A DNA stretch of 64,000 bases from positions 660 to 64,659 of the forward strand of contig DASZEK010000198.1 in assembly GCA_035941045.1 (NCBI GenBank), in the 5' to 3' direction. The position numbers were made by a program, and so were the translations under genes. The notes beneath the pieces were generated by a model. That model had not been told where the DNA came from. It did not search any database and saw only the letters and a program-made list of their open reading frames with translations. Shown here in pieces: positions 19,531 through 28,103 of the stretch. This stretch comes from Pyrinomonadaceae bacterium (GTDB lineage Bacteria > Acidobacteriota > Blastocatellia > Pyrinomonadales > Pyrinomonadaceae). Numbering within the stretch: position 1 is the stretch's first letter; each line of letters starts with the position of its first letter.

Positions 19531-20421
19531 GTGATGCTTCGTTTCAAGCCTTTCCTTTTCGTCTTCGCGTTATCGCTGTGCGTCTGCGCGCCGTCGTTTC
19601 AAGGCGTCGCGTCGGCGCAGGAGTCTCAACGCGTGTGGGGCCGACGGCCCGTCTACGGCCCGTTCAGGGTTGACGTGCTGGTGGGCGGGCGCCCGCTCGA
19701 AGTCCTTCAGGCGCGCGGCCGCCGCTACGTCGAGGCGCTTGAGAACGAAGAGTACGAGCTGCGCGTCTACAACCCGCTGCCCGTGCGCGTCGCCGTGGCG
19801 CTCTCTGTGGACGGGCTGAACACGATTGACGCGCGCCGCACGGCGAGCTGGGACGCGAGCAAGTGGGTGATTGAGCCTTACCAGACCATCCACGTCTCCG
19901 GCTGGCAGATGAGTTCCAGCCGCGCCCGCCGCTTCTACTTCACGACCGAGCGCGACTCCTACGCCGCCCGGCTCGGCCGCGCCGCCGACCTCGGCGTCAT
20001 CACCGCCATCTTCTACAGGGAGGAGGCCGCCGCGACGACCGTCGTCCCGCCGCCCCGCTACGACGACCGCGTGCGACCGCAGAGGCGTTCCGAAGACGGC
20101 GCGAAGCAGAGGAGCGGCGAGAGTCAGGTGGAGTCGAGGGCCGGACGCGCGGCCGGCAACACGGCTTCGGCGCCGCCGCCCCGGCCCGACGACGAGCACG
20201 CGGCCACGGGGATAGGCCGCTCGGTCCGCCACGACGTGACGTGGATAGACATGCGGCTCGACAGGCGCCCGGCCGCCGAGTTTTCCGTCAGGTATGAATA
20301 CCGCGACGCGCTCGTCCGCCTCGGCGTGCTGCCGCGCCCGCGGCCTTACGACGAAGACACGTTGCGCAGGCGCGAGCGGGCGCGCGGCTTCGAGGATTCG
20401 CGCTACAGCCCCGAGCCCTGA
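19531..20421 (+). CDS. Hypothetical secreted protein
   Basis: 296 aa. GGGAGG lies 6 nt upstream of GTG/ATG. Signal peptide MLRFKPFLFVFALSLCVCAPSFQGVASA. High third-position GC. No family recognised. Confidence 0.6.
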   Translation: MMLRFKPFLFVFALSLCVCAPSFQGVASAQESQRVWGRRPVYGPFRVDVLVGGRPLEVLQARGRRYVEALENEEYELRVYNPLPVRVAVALSVDGLNTIDARRTASWDASKWVIEPYQTIHVSGWQMSSSRARRFYFTTERDSYAARLGRAADLGVITAIFYREEAAATTVVPPPRYDDRVRPQRRSEDGAKQRSGESQVESRAGRAAGNTASAPPPRPDDEHAATGIGRSVRHDVTWIDMRLDRRPAAEFSVRYEYRDALVRLGVLPRPRPYDEDTLRRRERARGFEDSRYSPEP

Positions 20422-20504
20422 GCCTCGGTTGGGAAGTTTCGGAACGCGGCGGGGCCGGCGGCGTCTAAACAGTCCGAGCCCCGCCGAAACGTCTGGAGGC
20501 CACG

Positions 20505-21053
20505 ATGGCGAAATTCACCAGCCCGCTCGACCACGTCCGCGTCGCCGCGCCGTGCCCCGCCGACTGGGACCGCATGGTCGGCGACGACCGCGCGCGCTTC
20601 TGCAACCAGTGCAGCCTGCACGTCTACAACCTCTCGGGCATGACGCGCCGCGAGGCCGAGACGTTCGTCTCGAACGCCGAGGGGCGCGTCTGCGTCCGCT
20701 ACTACCGGCGCCGCGACGGCACGATTTTGACGAAGAACTGTCCGGTCGGCCTCCGCGCCATCAGGCAGAAAGTCTCGCGCGTGGCGGGCTCCGTCCTGTC
20801 GGCCGTGCTCGGCTTTTACACGGGCGCGTGGCTCCACGTCGGGCTCGGGGGCAAGGAGCCGAGCGTGACGATGGGGGCGACGGCGACCGCGCCGCCGCTC
20901 GTGCCGCCGGTCGTTGACGACAGGCCCGCCGTCGTGCCGCCGCTGGCCGATGTCGGACCGGCCGTGGCGGGCCGGATGACCATGGGAGAGGCGTACGTGC
21001 CCGTGAAGGAGCACGCGCAGAGGGGCGGGCGCGCGGCGAAGCGCGGCAGGTGA
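20505..21053 (+). CDS. Hypothetical Cys-rich membrane-anchored protein
   Basis: 182 aa. GGAGG lies 5 nt upstream. The N-terminal ~85 aa carry the conserved-looking cysteines CPADWDRM...RFCNQCSLHVYNLSGMTRREAE...GRVCVRYYRRRDGTILTKNCP, followed by one TM helix VAGSVLSAVLGFYTGAWLHVGL. Confidence 0.6.
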   Translation: MAKFTSPLDHVRVAAPCPADWDRMVGDDRARFCNQCSLHVYNLSGMTRREAETFVSNAEGRVCVRYYRRRDGTILTKNCPVGLRAIRQKVSRVAGSVLSAVLGFYTGAWLHVGLGGKEPSVTMGATATAPPLVPPVVDDRPAVVPPLADVGPAVAGRMTMGEAYVPVKEHAQRGGRAAKRGR

Positions 21054-21056
21054 CGT

Positions 21057-22553
21057 TCAGCGCCTCGGCTTGAGGTCGTCGGTGTAGAGGAACTTGTAGG
21101 CGCGGTAGTTCGACATGACGCGGGAGACGTACTCCTTCGTCTCGTTGAAGCCGACTTCGGCGGCGAAGATGGCGGGGTCGTCATGGATGGCGCGTCGGAC
21201 CCAGCGTGCGGCGTTGTCCTCGCCGCCGTTGTAGGAGGCGGCGACGGCTTCGGGCAGGTCGGGGAACATCCGGTCCAACTCCGCGAGGTAGGCGCTCGCG
21301 ACGGGGATGTTGATTTCGGGGCGGAACAAGTCTTCCTCGTTGCCGACCGTGATGCGCGCGGCCGTCGCGTACTTGGCGGCCATGTCGGGCGTCATCTGCA
21401 AGAGCCCGCGCGCGCCCGCGCCTGACTTCGCGCGCGGGTTGAAGCTGCTCTCGGCGCGCATGATGGAGAGGACGAGGCGCGGGTCGAGCTTGTGACGCTT
21501 CGCCTCGCGCACGATTACCTCGCGGTACGGCGCCGGATAATTTCCAGAAGCCTTCCTCACGTCACCCAGCACGCGCTCCTCGCGAGCCCTGCCCGCCGTC
21601 TTCGCCTGCCCGCCCATCTTCTCCAGCCGCTCCGTCGCCCGCGCTCCGTAATAAGAGTTCACGCCGTCGGCAATCCCCTGATAAGCGCGCGCCGCCTGCT
21701 CCTTCTGCCCGGACATCTCAAGGCTGAAGGCGCGCAGGTATGCGACCTCGGCGGCCGACGTGTTCGCGGCCTTCGGGATGTTCAGTCGGCCCAACTCGTC
21801 GGCCGAGCGCAGGGCCGAGGGCCAGTCCTTGCGGGCCACGTCGAGGCGCAGCCGCGCGAAGAGTGCCGCCACGTCGGTCGGCGTGCCTGGGAAGCGTGAG
21901 CGCGTGCGCTCAATCCAAGGGAGGGCGTCGTCGAAGCGGCCGGCCTCGCGCAGCGAGTCGATGATGTTGAGGTGGGCGGCCTCCGCGCGCTCGCCCTTCG
22001 GGAAGCGTTCGACGTATTCGGCGTAGCGGGTCGCGGCCTCGGCGAAGCGGTTCAGGCGCAGGAGCGTCGCGGCCACGTAGTAGAAGCCGTCTCGGCCGCC
22101 GACCGTGTTCGGGTACTTGTCGCCGAGCTGCTGGAAGACGGGCAACGCCTCCTCGTAGCGCCGCTCCTGAAAGAGCGTGCGGCCGATGCCGAAGTGTGCG
22201 GCCGGGACGTTCGAGTCCGAGGGGAAGCGTTCAATGAGTGCGCGCCAGTGGTTGCGCGCCTCCTCGAAGGCGCGGTTCGTGTGGTAGATGGCCGCGCGGC
22301 GCATGTGCTCCTGCGGCGTGAGGCGCGGCGTCTGGCCGCCCCCTTCGGCGTCGGCGCGTCGGGTCGCGGCCAGCGCGTCTTCGGTCTGGTCTTCGGGCGC
22401 GAGGACGAAGGGCTCTTCGGCCGCGTACAGGGGCGCGTCGGCGGAGGCGGCGGCCGAGACGTTGGCGGCCGGCTTGTTCTCGACGCGCGCGCACGAGAGC
22501 GCGAGCAGGGCGGCGGCGGCGCAGAGGAAGACTTGTTGTGCTGAGAAGATCAT
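21057..22553 (-). CDS. Soluble lytic murein transglycosylase (Slt70-like, helical/TPR-like N-domain + SLT domain)
   Basis: Lipoprotein-like start MIFSAQQVFLCAAAALLALSCA at ATG 22553. SLT catalytic motif MRAESSFNPRAKSGAGARGLLQMTP ... AYNGG-like (AASYNGGEDN). Confidence 0.85.
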   Translation of the reverse strand: MIFSAQQVFLCAAAALLALSCARVENKPAANVSAAASADAPLYAAEEPFVLAPEDQTEDALAATRRADAEGGGQTPRLTPQEHMRRAAIYHTNRAFEEARNHWRALIERFPSDSNVPAAHFGIGRTLFQERRYEEALPVFQQLGDKYPNTVGGRDGFYYVAATLLRLNRFAEAATRYAEYVERFPKGERAEAAHLNIIDSLREAGRFDDALPWIERTRSRFPGTPTDVAALFARLRLDVARKDWPSALRSADELGRLNIPKAANTSAAEVAYLRAFSLEMSGQKEQAARAYQGIADGVNSYYGARATERLEKMGGQAKTAGRAREERVLGDVRKASGNYPAPYREVIVREAKRHKLDPRLVLSIMRAESSFNPRAKSGAGARGLLQMTPDMAAKYATAARITVGNEEDLFRPEINIPVASAYLAELDRMFPDLPEAVAASYNGGEDNAARWVRRAIHDDPAIFAAEVGFNETKEYVSRVMSNYRAYKFLYTDDLKPRR

Positions 22554-22600
22554 TTTAATTCTGCGGGCGTGGTTCACGCGGGTACGGGTGCGGGGCGCGC

Positions 22601-23032
22601 TCAGTCGCCCGCCTCCTCGACGACTTCGTAGGTTGTGACCAGCTCGACGCCGGGCCGGAGAGTCGCCGCGACGCTGCAATACTTCGTCTCCGAAAGCTCG
22701 ACGGCCTCGGCCACCGAACTCTCTTTGATGCCCCGCCCGCGGACAACGTGGCGCACTTCGATGCGCGTGTAGGCCCGCGGGTGCTCCTCGCGCCGGAAGC
22801 CCCGGACCTCGACGCGGTAGTCGCTCACGCGCTCGCGCTTCTTCTTCAGGATGGAGGCCACGTCAACGGCCGTGCAGCCGCCGAGCGCGATGAGCAGAAG
22901 CTCCATCGGCGTCGCCGCCGAGGCGCGCCCCGTGTCCGTCTCGATGACCTGCGCGTGCCCGCTCGGCGTCACGCCGACGAAGAAGCCTTCGCCCGCCGAA
23001 TGAATCAACGCCTTCGCGTCTTTCGTCCCCAT
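22601..23032 (-). CDS. OsmC family peroxiredoxin-like protein
   Basis: 143 aa. Carries the two conserved OsmC/Ohr cysteines in context (LLLIALGGCTAVDV and ETKYCSVAATL). Confidence 0.8.
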   Translation of the reverse strand: MGTKDAKALIHSAGEGFFVGVTPSGHAQVIETDTGRASAATPMELLLIALGGCTAVDVASILKKKRERVSDYRVEVRGFRREEHPRAYTRIEVRHVVRGRGIKESSVAEAVELSETKYCSVAATLRPGVELVTTYEVVEEAGD

Positions 23033-23510
23033 AGAGTCGGCCGCCTCCCTCTAAACGGAAGCATACCACGCCGCCGGAGCGGCCCGCACACGGCCCCGGA
23101 AGCGCCGTTTTTCTAAGGATTCCGGCTTTGTATGCTAGTCGGACATCGGTGTCGCGTTTCGGACCGTCCCGCGCCTGCGAAAAAAATCCGAGCCTTAAAA
23201 CTCGCCGGACAACCTTTAAAAGCCGAAGCCTTTATGCCGTCTAACTCTCACGAAGAAGCCGACCTATCGCTGCTAAGTCACTAGCCGGCGTGGCTTTGAC
23301 GCGGACGGCGCTCAGGGGCACGGCTCTTGCGTCGAAAGGGTCAGAAGACCTATGCCAAGAGGCCCGGTCCACATGATTGGCATTCCGAGTCGGACATCCA
23401 TCTCCCCGAAAGTCAGAGAGGGAAGGGGCCGACGGCGCCGCCGATACGTGACGCCGCGCAGGTCCGACGCTTAATTGGAAATGATGAGAAAGATTCCGGA
23501 GGGAAATGAG

Positions 23511-25526
23511 ATGAGAAGATTCAGACAGACAATCTCGCTGGCGCTCGTGCTGGCAATCGCCAGCCTCGGGCTCGTCGGCGTGCAGGCGCAGACGCAGTAC
23601 CCGCAGCAGTACCCGCAGCGCCCGAACCGCATGAACGACCGCCAGGTCGGCGACATGATTCGCCGCCTTGAGAACTCGACCGACAGGTTCCGCGGCACCG
23701 TCGCCACCGCCCTCAACCGCAGCCGCTATCAGGGCACGCGCTCCGAGGACAACATCAACCAGTTGATTCAGAACTTCGAGGCCGCGACCGACCAGCTCAA
23801 GCAACGCTTCAACAGCCGCGCCTCCGTCGCCTCCGACGTTGAGAACGTGCTCCGGCAGGCCGCCTTCATCAACAACTTCATGACGGCCAACCGCCTGACG
23901 CGCGCCGCGCAGAGCGACTGGGCGCTAGTGCGCACCGACCTCGACTCGCTGGCCCGCGCCTACAACGTGACGTGGAACTGGGACCAGACCGGCACCTACA
24001 CCACGCCGCAGACCTCTTCGATGCCGTACCGGATGACCGACCAGCAGGTTGACGCGCTCATCCGCCGCGTCGAGAACGGCGCCGACCGCTTCTCGCAGAG
24101 CCTCCGCGCGGGCCTGAACCGCTCGACCTACGACGGCACCCGCGCCGAGGACAACATCAACCAGTTCGTCCAGAACTTCGAGACCTCGACCGACCAGCTC
24201 CGCTCGCGCTTCGACGCGCGCCGCTCGGTCGCCTCCGACGTGGAGAACGTGCTCCGTCAGGCCACCTACATCGACAGCTTCATGACGCGCCACTCGCTCA
24301 CGCGCCGCGCCGAGAACGACTGGTCGCTCCTGAAGACGGACCTTAACGAACTGGCCTCGGCCTACAGCGTCGCCTGGACGTGGGACGCGCGCACGCTGCC
24401 CTACAACAACACGACGGCCGGCGGCAACTACGGGACGGGCACGGGCACCGGCACGGGCTACGGCACGACGAGCCTGACGGGCACCTACCGCCTCGACCTT
24501 TCACGCAGCGACAACCCGAACGCCGTCACGGAGCGTGCCGTCCGCACGCTGCCCCTCGGGGAGCGCCAGCGCATCTCCGAGCAGTTGATGCGCCGTCTGG
24601 AGTCGCCCGAGATGCTGGCGATTGACCGCAGCGGCCAGAGCGTGACCATCGCCTCGTCGCGCGCTCCGCAGACCACCTTCCGCGCCGACGGCGTCGAGAA
24701 CCGCGAGCAGATGCCCAACGGCAGCTACGCCCGCGTGACGACCGAGCTTACGGGCGAGCGCCTCGTCGTCCGCTCGGCCGGCAACCGCATGACCGACTTC
24801 AACGTCACCTTCGAGCCCATCGAGGGCGGGCGCCGCCTGCGCGTGACGCGCGAAATCTGGCACGACCAGTTGGGCGTCAACCCCATCGTCGTCCAGAGCG
24901 TCTACGACCGCACCTCCGACGCGGCCCAGTGGAACGTCTACAACGGCGGCGGCGCCTACGGCGGCGCCCCGGCGATTCAGACCGGCGCGGCCGGCGACTT
25001 CGTCGTTCCGAACGGGCAGGTCCTGACCGCCGTGATGGACAACGACCTGACGACGCGCGACGCGACTGTCGGCCAGCGGTTCACGATGACCGTCAACACG
25101 CCGGGCCAGTACCAGGGCGCGATCATCGAGGGGCGCGTGGCGGCCGTTGACCGCTCGGGCCGCGTCTCGGGCCGCTCGCAGGTCTCGCTCGACTTCGACT
25201 CCATCCGGATGCGCGACGGCCGCAGCTACCGCTTCGCCGGCTTCATCGAGGGCGCGCGGACGGCCGCGGGCGAGGTGGTCAAAGTTGACAACGAGGGCAC
25301 GGTGCGCGACGACAACCAGACGAAGCAGACCGTGCAGCGCGCCGCCATCGGCACGGCCGTCGGCGCCATCATCGGCGCCATCGCGGGCGGCGGTAAGGGC
25401 GCGGCCATCGGCGCTGTCGTCGGCGCGGGCGCGGGCGCCGGCTCCGTCTACGTGCAGGGGCGCGACGACCTCGAACTGATGCGCGGCTCCGAGTTGACCA
25501 TCCGCGCCAGCTCGCCGAACAACTAA
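23511..25526 (+). CDS. Hypothetical secreted protein with tandem-duplicated ~119-aa helical module and C-terminal glycine-zipper segment
   Basis: GGAGGG lies 7 nt upstream of ATG 23511. Signal peptide [27 protein letters not shown]. Two near-identical modules are present ([21 protein letters not shown]...NVTWNWD and [21 protein letters not shown]...SVAWTWD). C-terminal segment [35 protein letters not shown]. Confidence 0.75.
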   Translation: MRRFRQTISLALVLAIASLGLVGVQAQTQYPQQYPQRPNRMNDRQVGDMIRRLENSTDRFRGTVATALNRSRYQGTRSEDNINQLIQNFEAATDQLKQRFNSRASVASDVENVLRQAAFINNFMTANRLTRAAQSDWALVRTDLDSLARAYNVTWNWDQTGTYTTPQTSSMPYRMTDQQVDALIRRVENGADRFSQSLRAGLNRSTYDGTRAEDNINQFVQNFETSTDQLRSRFDARRSVASDVENVLRQATYIDSFMTRHSLTRRAENDWSLLKTDLNELASAYSVAWTWDARTLPYNNTTAGGNYGTGTGTGTGYGTTSLTGTYRLDLSRSDNPNAVTERAVRTLPLGERQRISEQLMRRLESPEMLAIDRSGQSVTIASSRAPQTTFRADGVENREQMPNGSYARVTTELTGERLVVRSAGNRMTDFNVTFEPIEGGRRLRVTREIWHDQLGVNPIVVQSVYDRTSDAAQWNVYNGGGAYGGAPAIQTGAAGDFVVPNGQVLTAVMDNDLTTRDATVGQRFTMTVNTPGQYQGAIIEGRVAAVDRSGRVSGRSQVSLDFDSIRMRDGRSYRFAGFIEGARTAAGEVVKVDNEGTVRDDNQTKQTVQRAAIGTAVGAIIGAIAGGGKGAAIGAVVGAGAGAGSVYVQGRDDLELMRGSELTIRASSPNN

Positions 25527-25558
25527 GCGCGCCGGCAAAAGCCGCGCGCGTCAAAGAA

Positions 25559-25596
25559 GAGAAGGCCCGGCGGTCAAGGTTCCGCCGGGCCTTCTC
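25559..25596 (+). terminator. Hairpin terminator after the repeat protein gene
   Basis: Perfect 15-bp stem gagaaggcccggcgg / ccgccgggccttctc with an 8-nt loop, 33 nt after the stop codon. Confidence 0.6.
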
Positions 25597-25700
25597 GCGT
25601 CTCGCGCGGCCGTAACAATTATTTAACGCGGGGCCGTTTTGGAGTGTGCTAGTATGGCCGCGCCCCGACAACCTCACCTCGACCTGATAAGGGACATCCG

Positions 25701-26093
25701 ATGGCTGCCATTCTTATCGTTGACGACGACGACGCGGTCCGCGACACGCTCTACGACCTCTTCTCCGACGACCACCTCTGCCACGCGGCGAGCAGCGCCG
25801 AGCAGGCGCTCTCCTTCGTCCACGAAAAGCCCTACGACGTGGTGCTGACCGACATCTCCATGCCGGGCCTGAGCGGCGTCGAGCTGCTCGGCATACTCCG
25901 GCAGACGCAGCCCGACACGCCCGTCATCATCATCAGCGGCATCGGCGACCAAACCCACGCCGAAGGCTTGGTCAGGCTCGGCGCCTTCGACTTCATCCTC
26001 AAACCCTTCACTCTCGAAAAGGTCGAAGAGAGCGTCGCGCGCGCCGTCGAGCACAGCCGGGCCAGCCGGCGCCGACGGGCCGCGTCCGAGTAG
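25701..26093 (+). CDS. Single-domain response regulator (CheY-like receiver)
   Basis: 130 aa. ILIVDDDDAVRDTL ... DVVLTDISMPGLSG ... IIISG ... KPF carries the receiver acidic pocket, phospho-Asp and conserved Lys. Confidence 0.85.
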   Translation: MAAILIVDDDDAVRDTLYDLFSDDHLCHAASSAEQALSFVHEKPYDVVLTDISMPGLSGVELLGILRQTQPDTPVIIISGIGDQTHAEGLVRLGAFDFILKPFTLEKVEESVARAVEHSRASRRRRAASE

Positions 26094-26103
26094 TCGGAAC
26101 GAT

Positions 26104-28080
26104 TCAGGCGGCGCAGGTCAGGCCCGCGCCTTCGGCGGCCCGCTTCGCGCGGCGCGCGGCGGCCTCGCGGGCCAGCTCGGCGATGCGGTCGGCCGTGAAC
26201 GGCTTCGTCACCACCCAGTCCACGCGCGCGGCCTTGCGCTCGCCCGAGCCGAGCGCCTCGCCCCAGCCCGTGACGACGGCTATCGGCACCACGTCGTCCT
26301 CCTGACGTATCGCGTGCGCCAGCTCCCAGCCGCTCATGCCCGGCATGCCGATGTCCGTGAAGACGGCGTCGAAGCCGCCGCCGCGGAAGAGCGTCAGCGC
26401 CTCGAACCCGCCCGCGGCCGGGCACACCAGATGCCCTTCGGCCTCAAGAATCTCGCACAGCAGCTCGCGCACCGTCGGCTCGTCGTCCACGACGAGAACC
26501 TTCAGAGAGTCCGAAGGCGACTGCGCGCCGCCGCCCTTCTTCTCATGCTCCTTCGCGGCGCGGGCGGGCGCCGCGGCTTGGGCGGCGGGCAGGGAGATGC
26601 GGAAGGTCGTTCCGGCGCCGACGCGCGACTCGACCTCGATGCTGCCTTCGTGGCGGCGGATGATGCCGTAGCTGACGGCCAGTCCCAGGCCCAGCCCCGC
26701 CTCGCCCTTCGTCGTGAAGAACGGGTCGAAGATGCGCGAGCGCACCTCCTGCGTCATGCCGACGCCCGTGTCGCCGACCGAGAGCACGACGCGCCCGCCC
26801 TCCTCGCTTGAGGCGAGCGTGAGCGTGCCGCCGTCGGGCATCGCGTCCACGGCGTTGAAGACCATGTTGACGAGGACCTCGCGCAGCTCCGAGCCGTCGC
26901 CGTGCACAATCGCGTTCGATTGCGTGCGCAGTTGGAGCGCGATGTGGACGCCGCTCGCCTCGGCGCGGTCCTTCCAGCGCGGCCGGGTCATCTCGCTCAC
27001 GTCCGAGAGGAGTTGGCCGACGGCGAGGGGCTCCAGCGCGTGCGCGCGGCGCTGGCGCGCGAAGTCCTGAATGCGCTTGACGGTCTTGGCGCCGTCCTCG
27101 GCCGACTTGATGATGACTTCGAGCCCGCGCCTGATCTTCTCCGGGTCCTGCGTGCGCATCATGAGCTGGGCGCGGCCGAGGATGCCGGCGAGCGTGTTGT
27201 TGAAGTCGTGGGCCACGCCCGACGCCAGCTCGCCCAGCGCCGAGAGCTTTTCAATCTGCGCGTACTGCTCCCTTATCCTCTCCTGCTCGGCGATGTAGTG
27301 CGACAGCTCCTCGACGTGGCGGCGGGCCTGCTCGGCCTGCGCCGCCGAAGTCTCGACGTTCTTCATGTACGTCCGGTAGGTGAAGTAGACGATGAAGATG
27401 ATGGGCGTCGAGACGATGAGGGCGGAGGTGCCGAAGACGCGCATGAGGGCCGCGATCATGCCGGCGGCCGAGGCGCCCGCGAAGTACGTGATGGAGGTCC
27501 AGAGGTATTGGCGGTGCCAGGTCTGCCAGAAGGGGCGGTTGGCGTTGAGCGAGGCGGCGAGCGCGATGAGGCCGGAGTTGGCGGCGTACTGCACGAGCGC
27601 CATCAGGCCGACGGCCGAGATGAATTGCCCGTCGAACCCGCCGTCGAAGCCGAGTCCCGCGCCGAAGCAGAGGCGGAGCGCGGCGTATGCGATGAAGGTC
27701 GCCGCCGCCATCGCCGCCGCGTTGTAGGCGACCGTCACCTTCTGCTTGCAGAAGCGCGCCGTGGAGGCCAGCCCCTCGGCCGAGCCGAGCAGGACCGCGG
27801 CCTCGCCGCCGTAGAGGATGAGCGTCAGGAAGAGGAGCGTGTCGGAGACGGAGACGGCCGAGCCGAAGCGCGGGATTTTGATGGAGATGCGCGACGTGAC
27901 GCCGAGCGTCAGGAGCGCGAGCAGCAGGAAGCGAAACTCCAGCGCGGCGGGCGGGAAGTTGAACGCGGAGTAGAGGACGACCGCGGCGGCGGCCGTGATG
28001 ACGAGCCAGCAGACGGGCAGGAAAAGTCTCTGCCTGCGCGCCGGCCCGGCCAACCCTAAATCCGCGGTCTGTGCGGTCAT
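26104..28080 (-). CDS. Hybrid sensor histidine kinase / response regulator with polytopic N-terminal membrane domain
   Basis: About 6-7 predicted TM helices. HisKA H-box LASGVAHDFNNTLAGILG. HATPase_c motifs (NAVDAM; DTGVGM; GLGLGLAVS). C-terminal receiver VLVVDDEPTVRELL...DAVFTDIGMPGMSG. ATG 28080 is preferred; an alternative GTG at 28107 would overlap the upstream stop as GTGA. Confidence 0.85.
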   Translation of the reverse strand: MTAQTADLGLAGPARRQRLFLPVCWLVITAAAAVVLYSAFNFPPAALEFRFLLLALLTLGVTSRISIKIPRFGSAVSVSDTLLFLTLILYGGEAAVLLGSAEGLASTARFCKQKVTVAYNAAAMAAATFIAYAALRLCFGAGLGFDGGFDGQFISAVGLMALVQYAANSGLIALAASLNANRPFWQTWHRQYLWTSITYFAGASAAGMIAALMRVFGTSALIVSTPIIFIVYFTYRTYMKNVETSAAQAEQARRHVEELSHYIAEQERIREQYAQIEKLSALGELASGVAHDFNNTLAGILGRAQLMMRTQDPEKIRRGLEVIIKSAEDGAKTVKRIQDFARQRRAHALEPLAVGQLLSDVSEMTRPRWKDRAEASGVHIALQLRTQSNAIVHGDGSELREVLVNMVFNAVDAMPDGGTLTLASSEEGGRVVLSVGDTGVGMTQEVRSRIFDPFFTTKGEAGLGLGLAVSYGIIRRHEGSIEVESRVGAGTTFRISLPAAQAAAPARAAKEHEKKGGGAQSPSDSLKVLVVDDEPTVRELLCEILEAEGHLVCPAAGGFEALTLFRGGGFDAVFTDIGMPGMSGWELAHAIRQEDDVVPIAVVTGWGEALGSGERKAARVDWVVTKPFTADRIAELAREAAARRAKRAAEGAGLTCAA

Positions 28081-28103
28081 CAGTAGCGCCCCCCGGAGGC
28101 CCC

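Noticed and set aside
24430-24462. Short tandem repeat ggcacgggcaccggcacgggc, and the PT-coding repeat at 60472-60530, considered as CRISPR-like or intergenic repeats
   Set aside because: Both lie inside well-supported ORFs, where they encode (GT)n and (PT)n linkers. There is no repeat-spacer architecture anywhere in the window.
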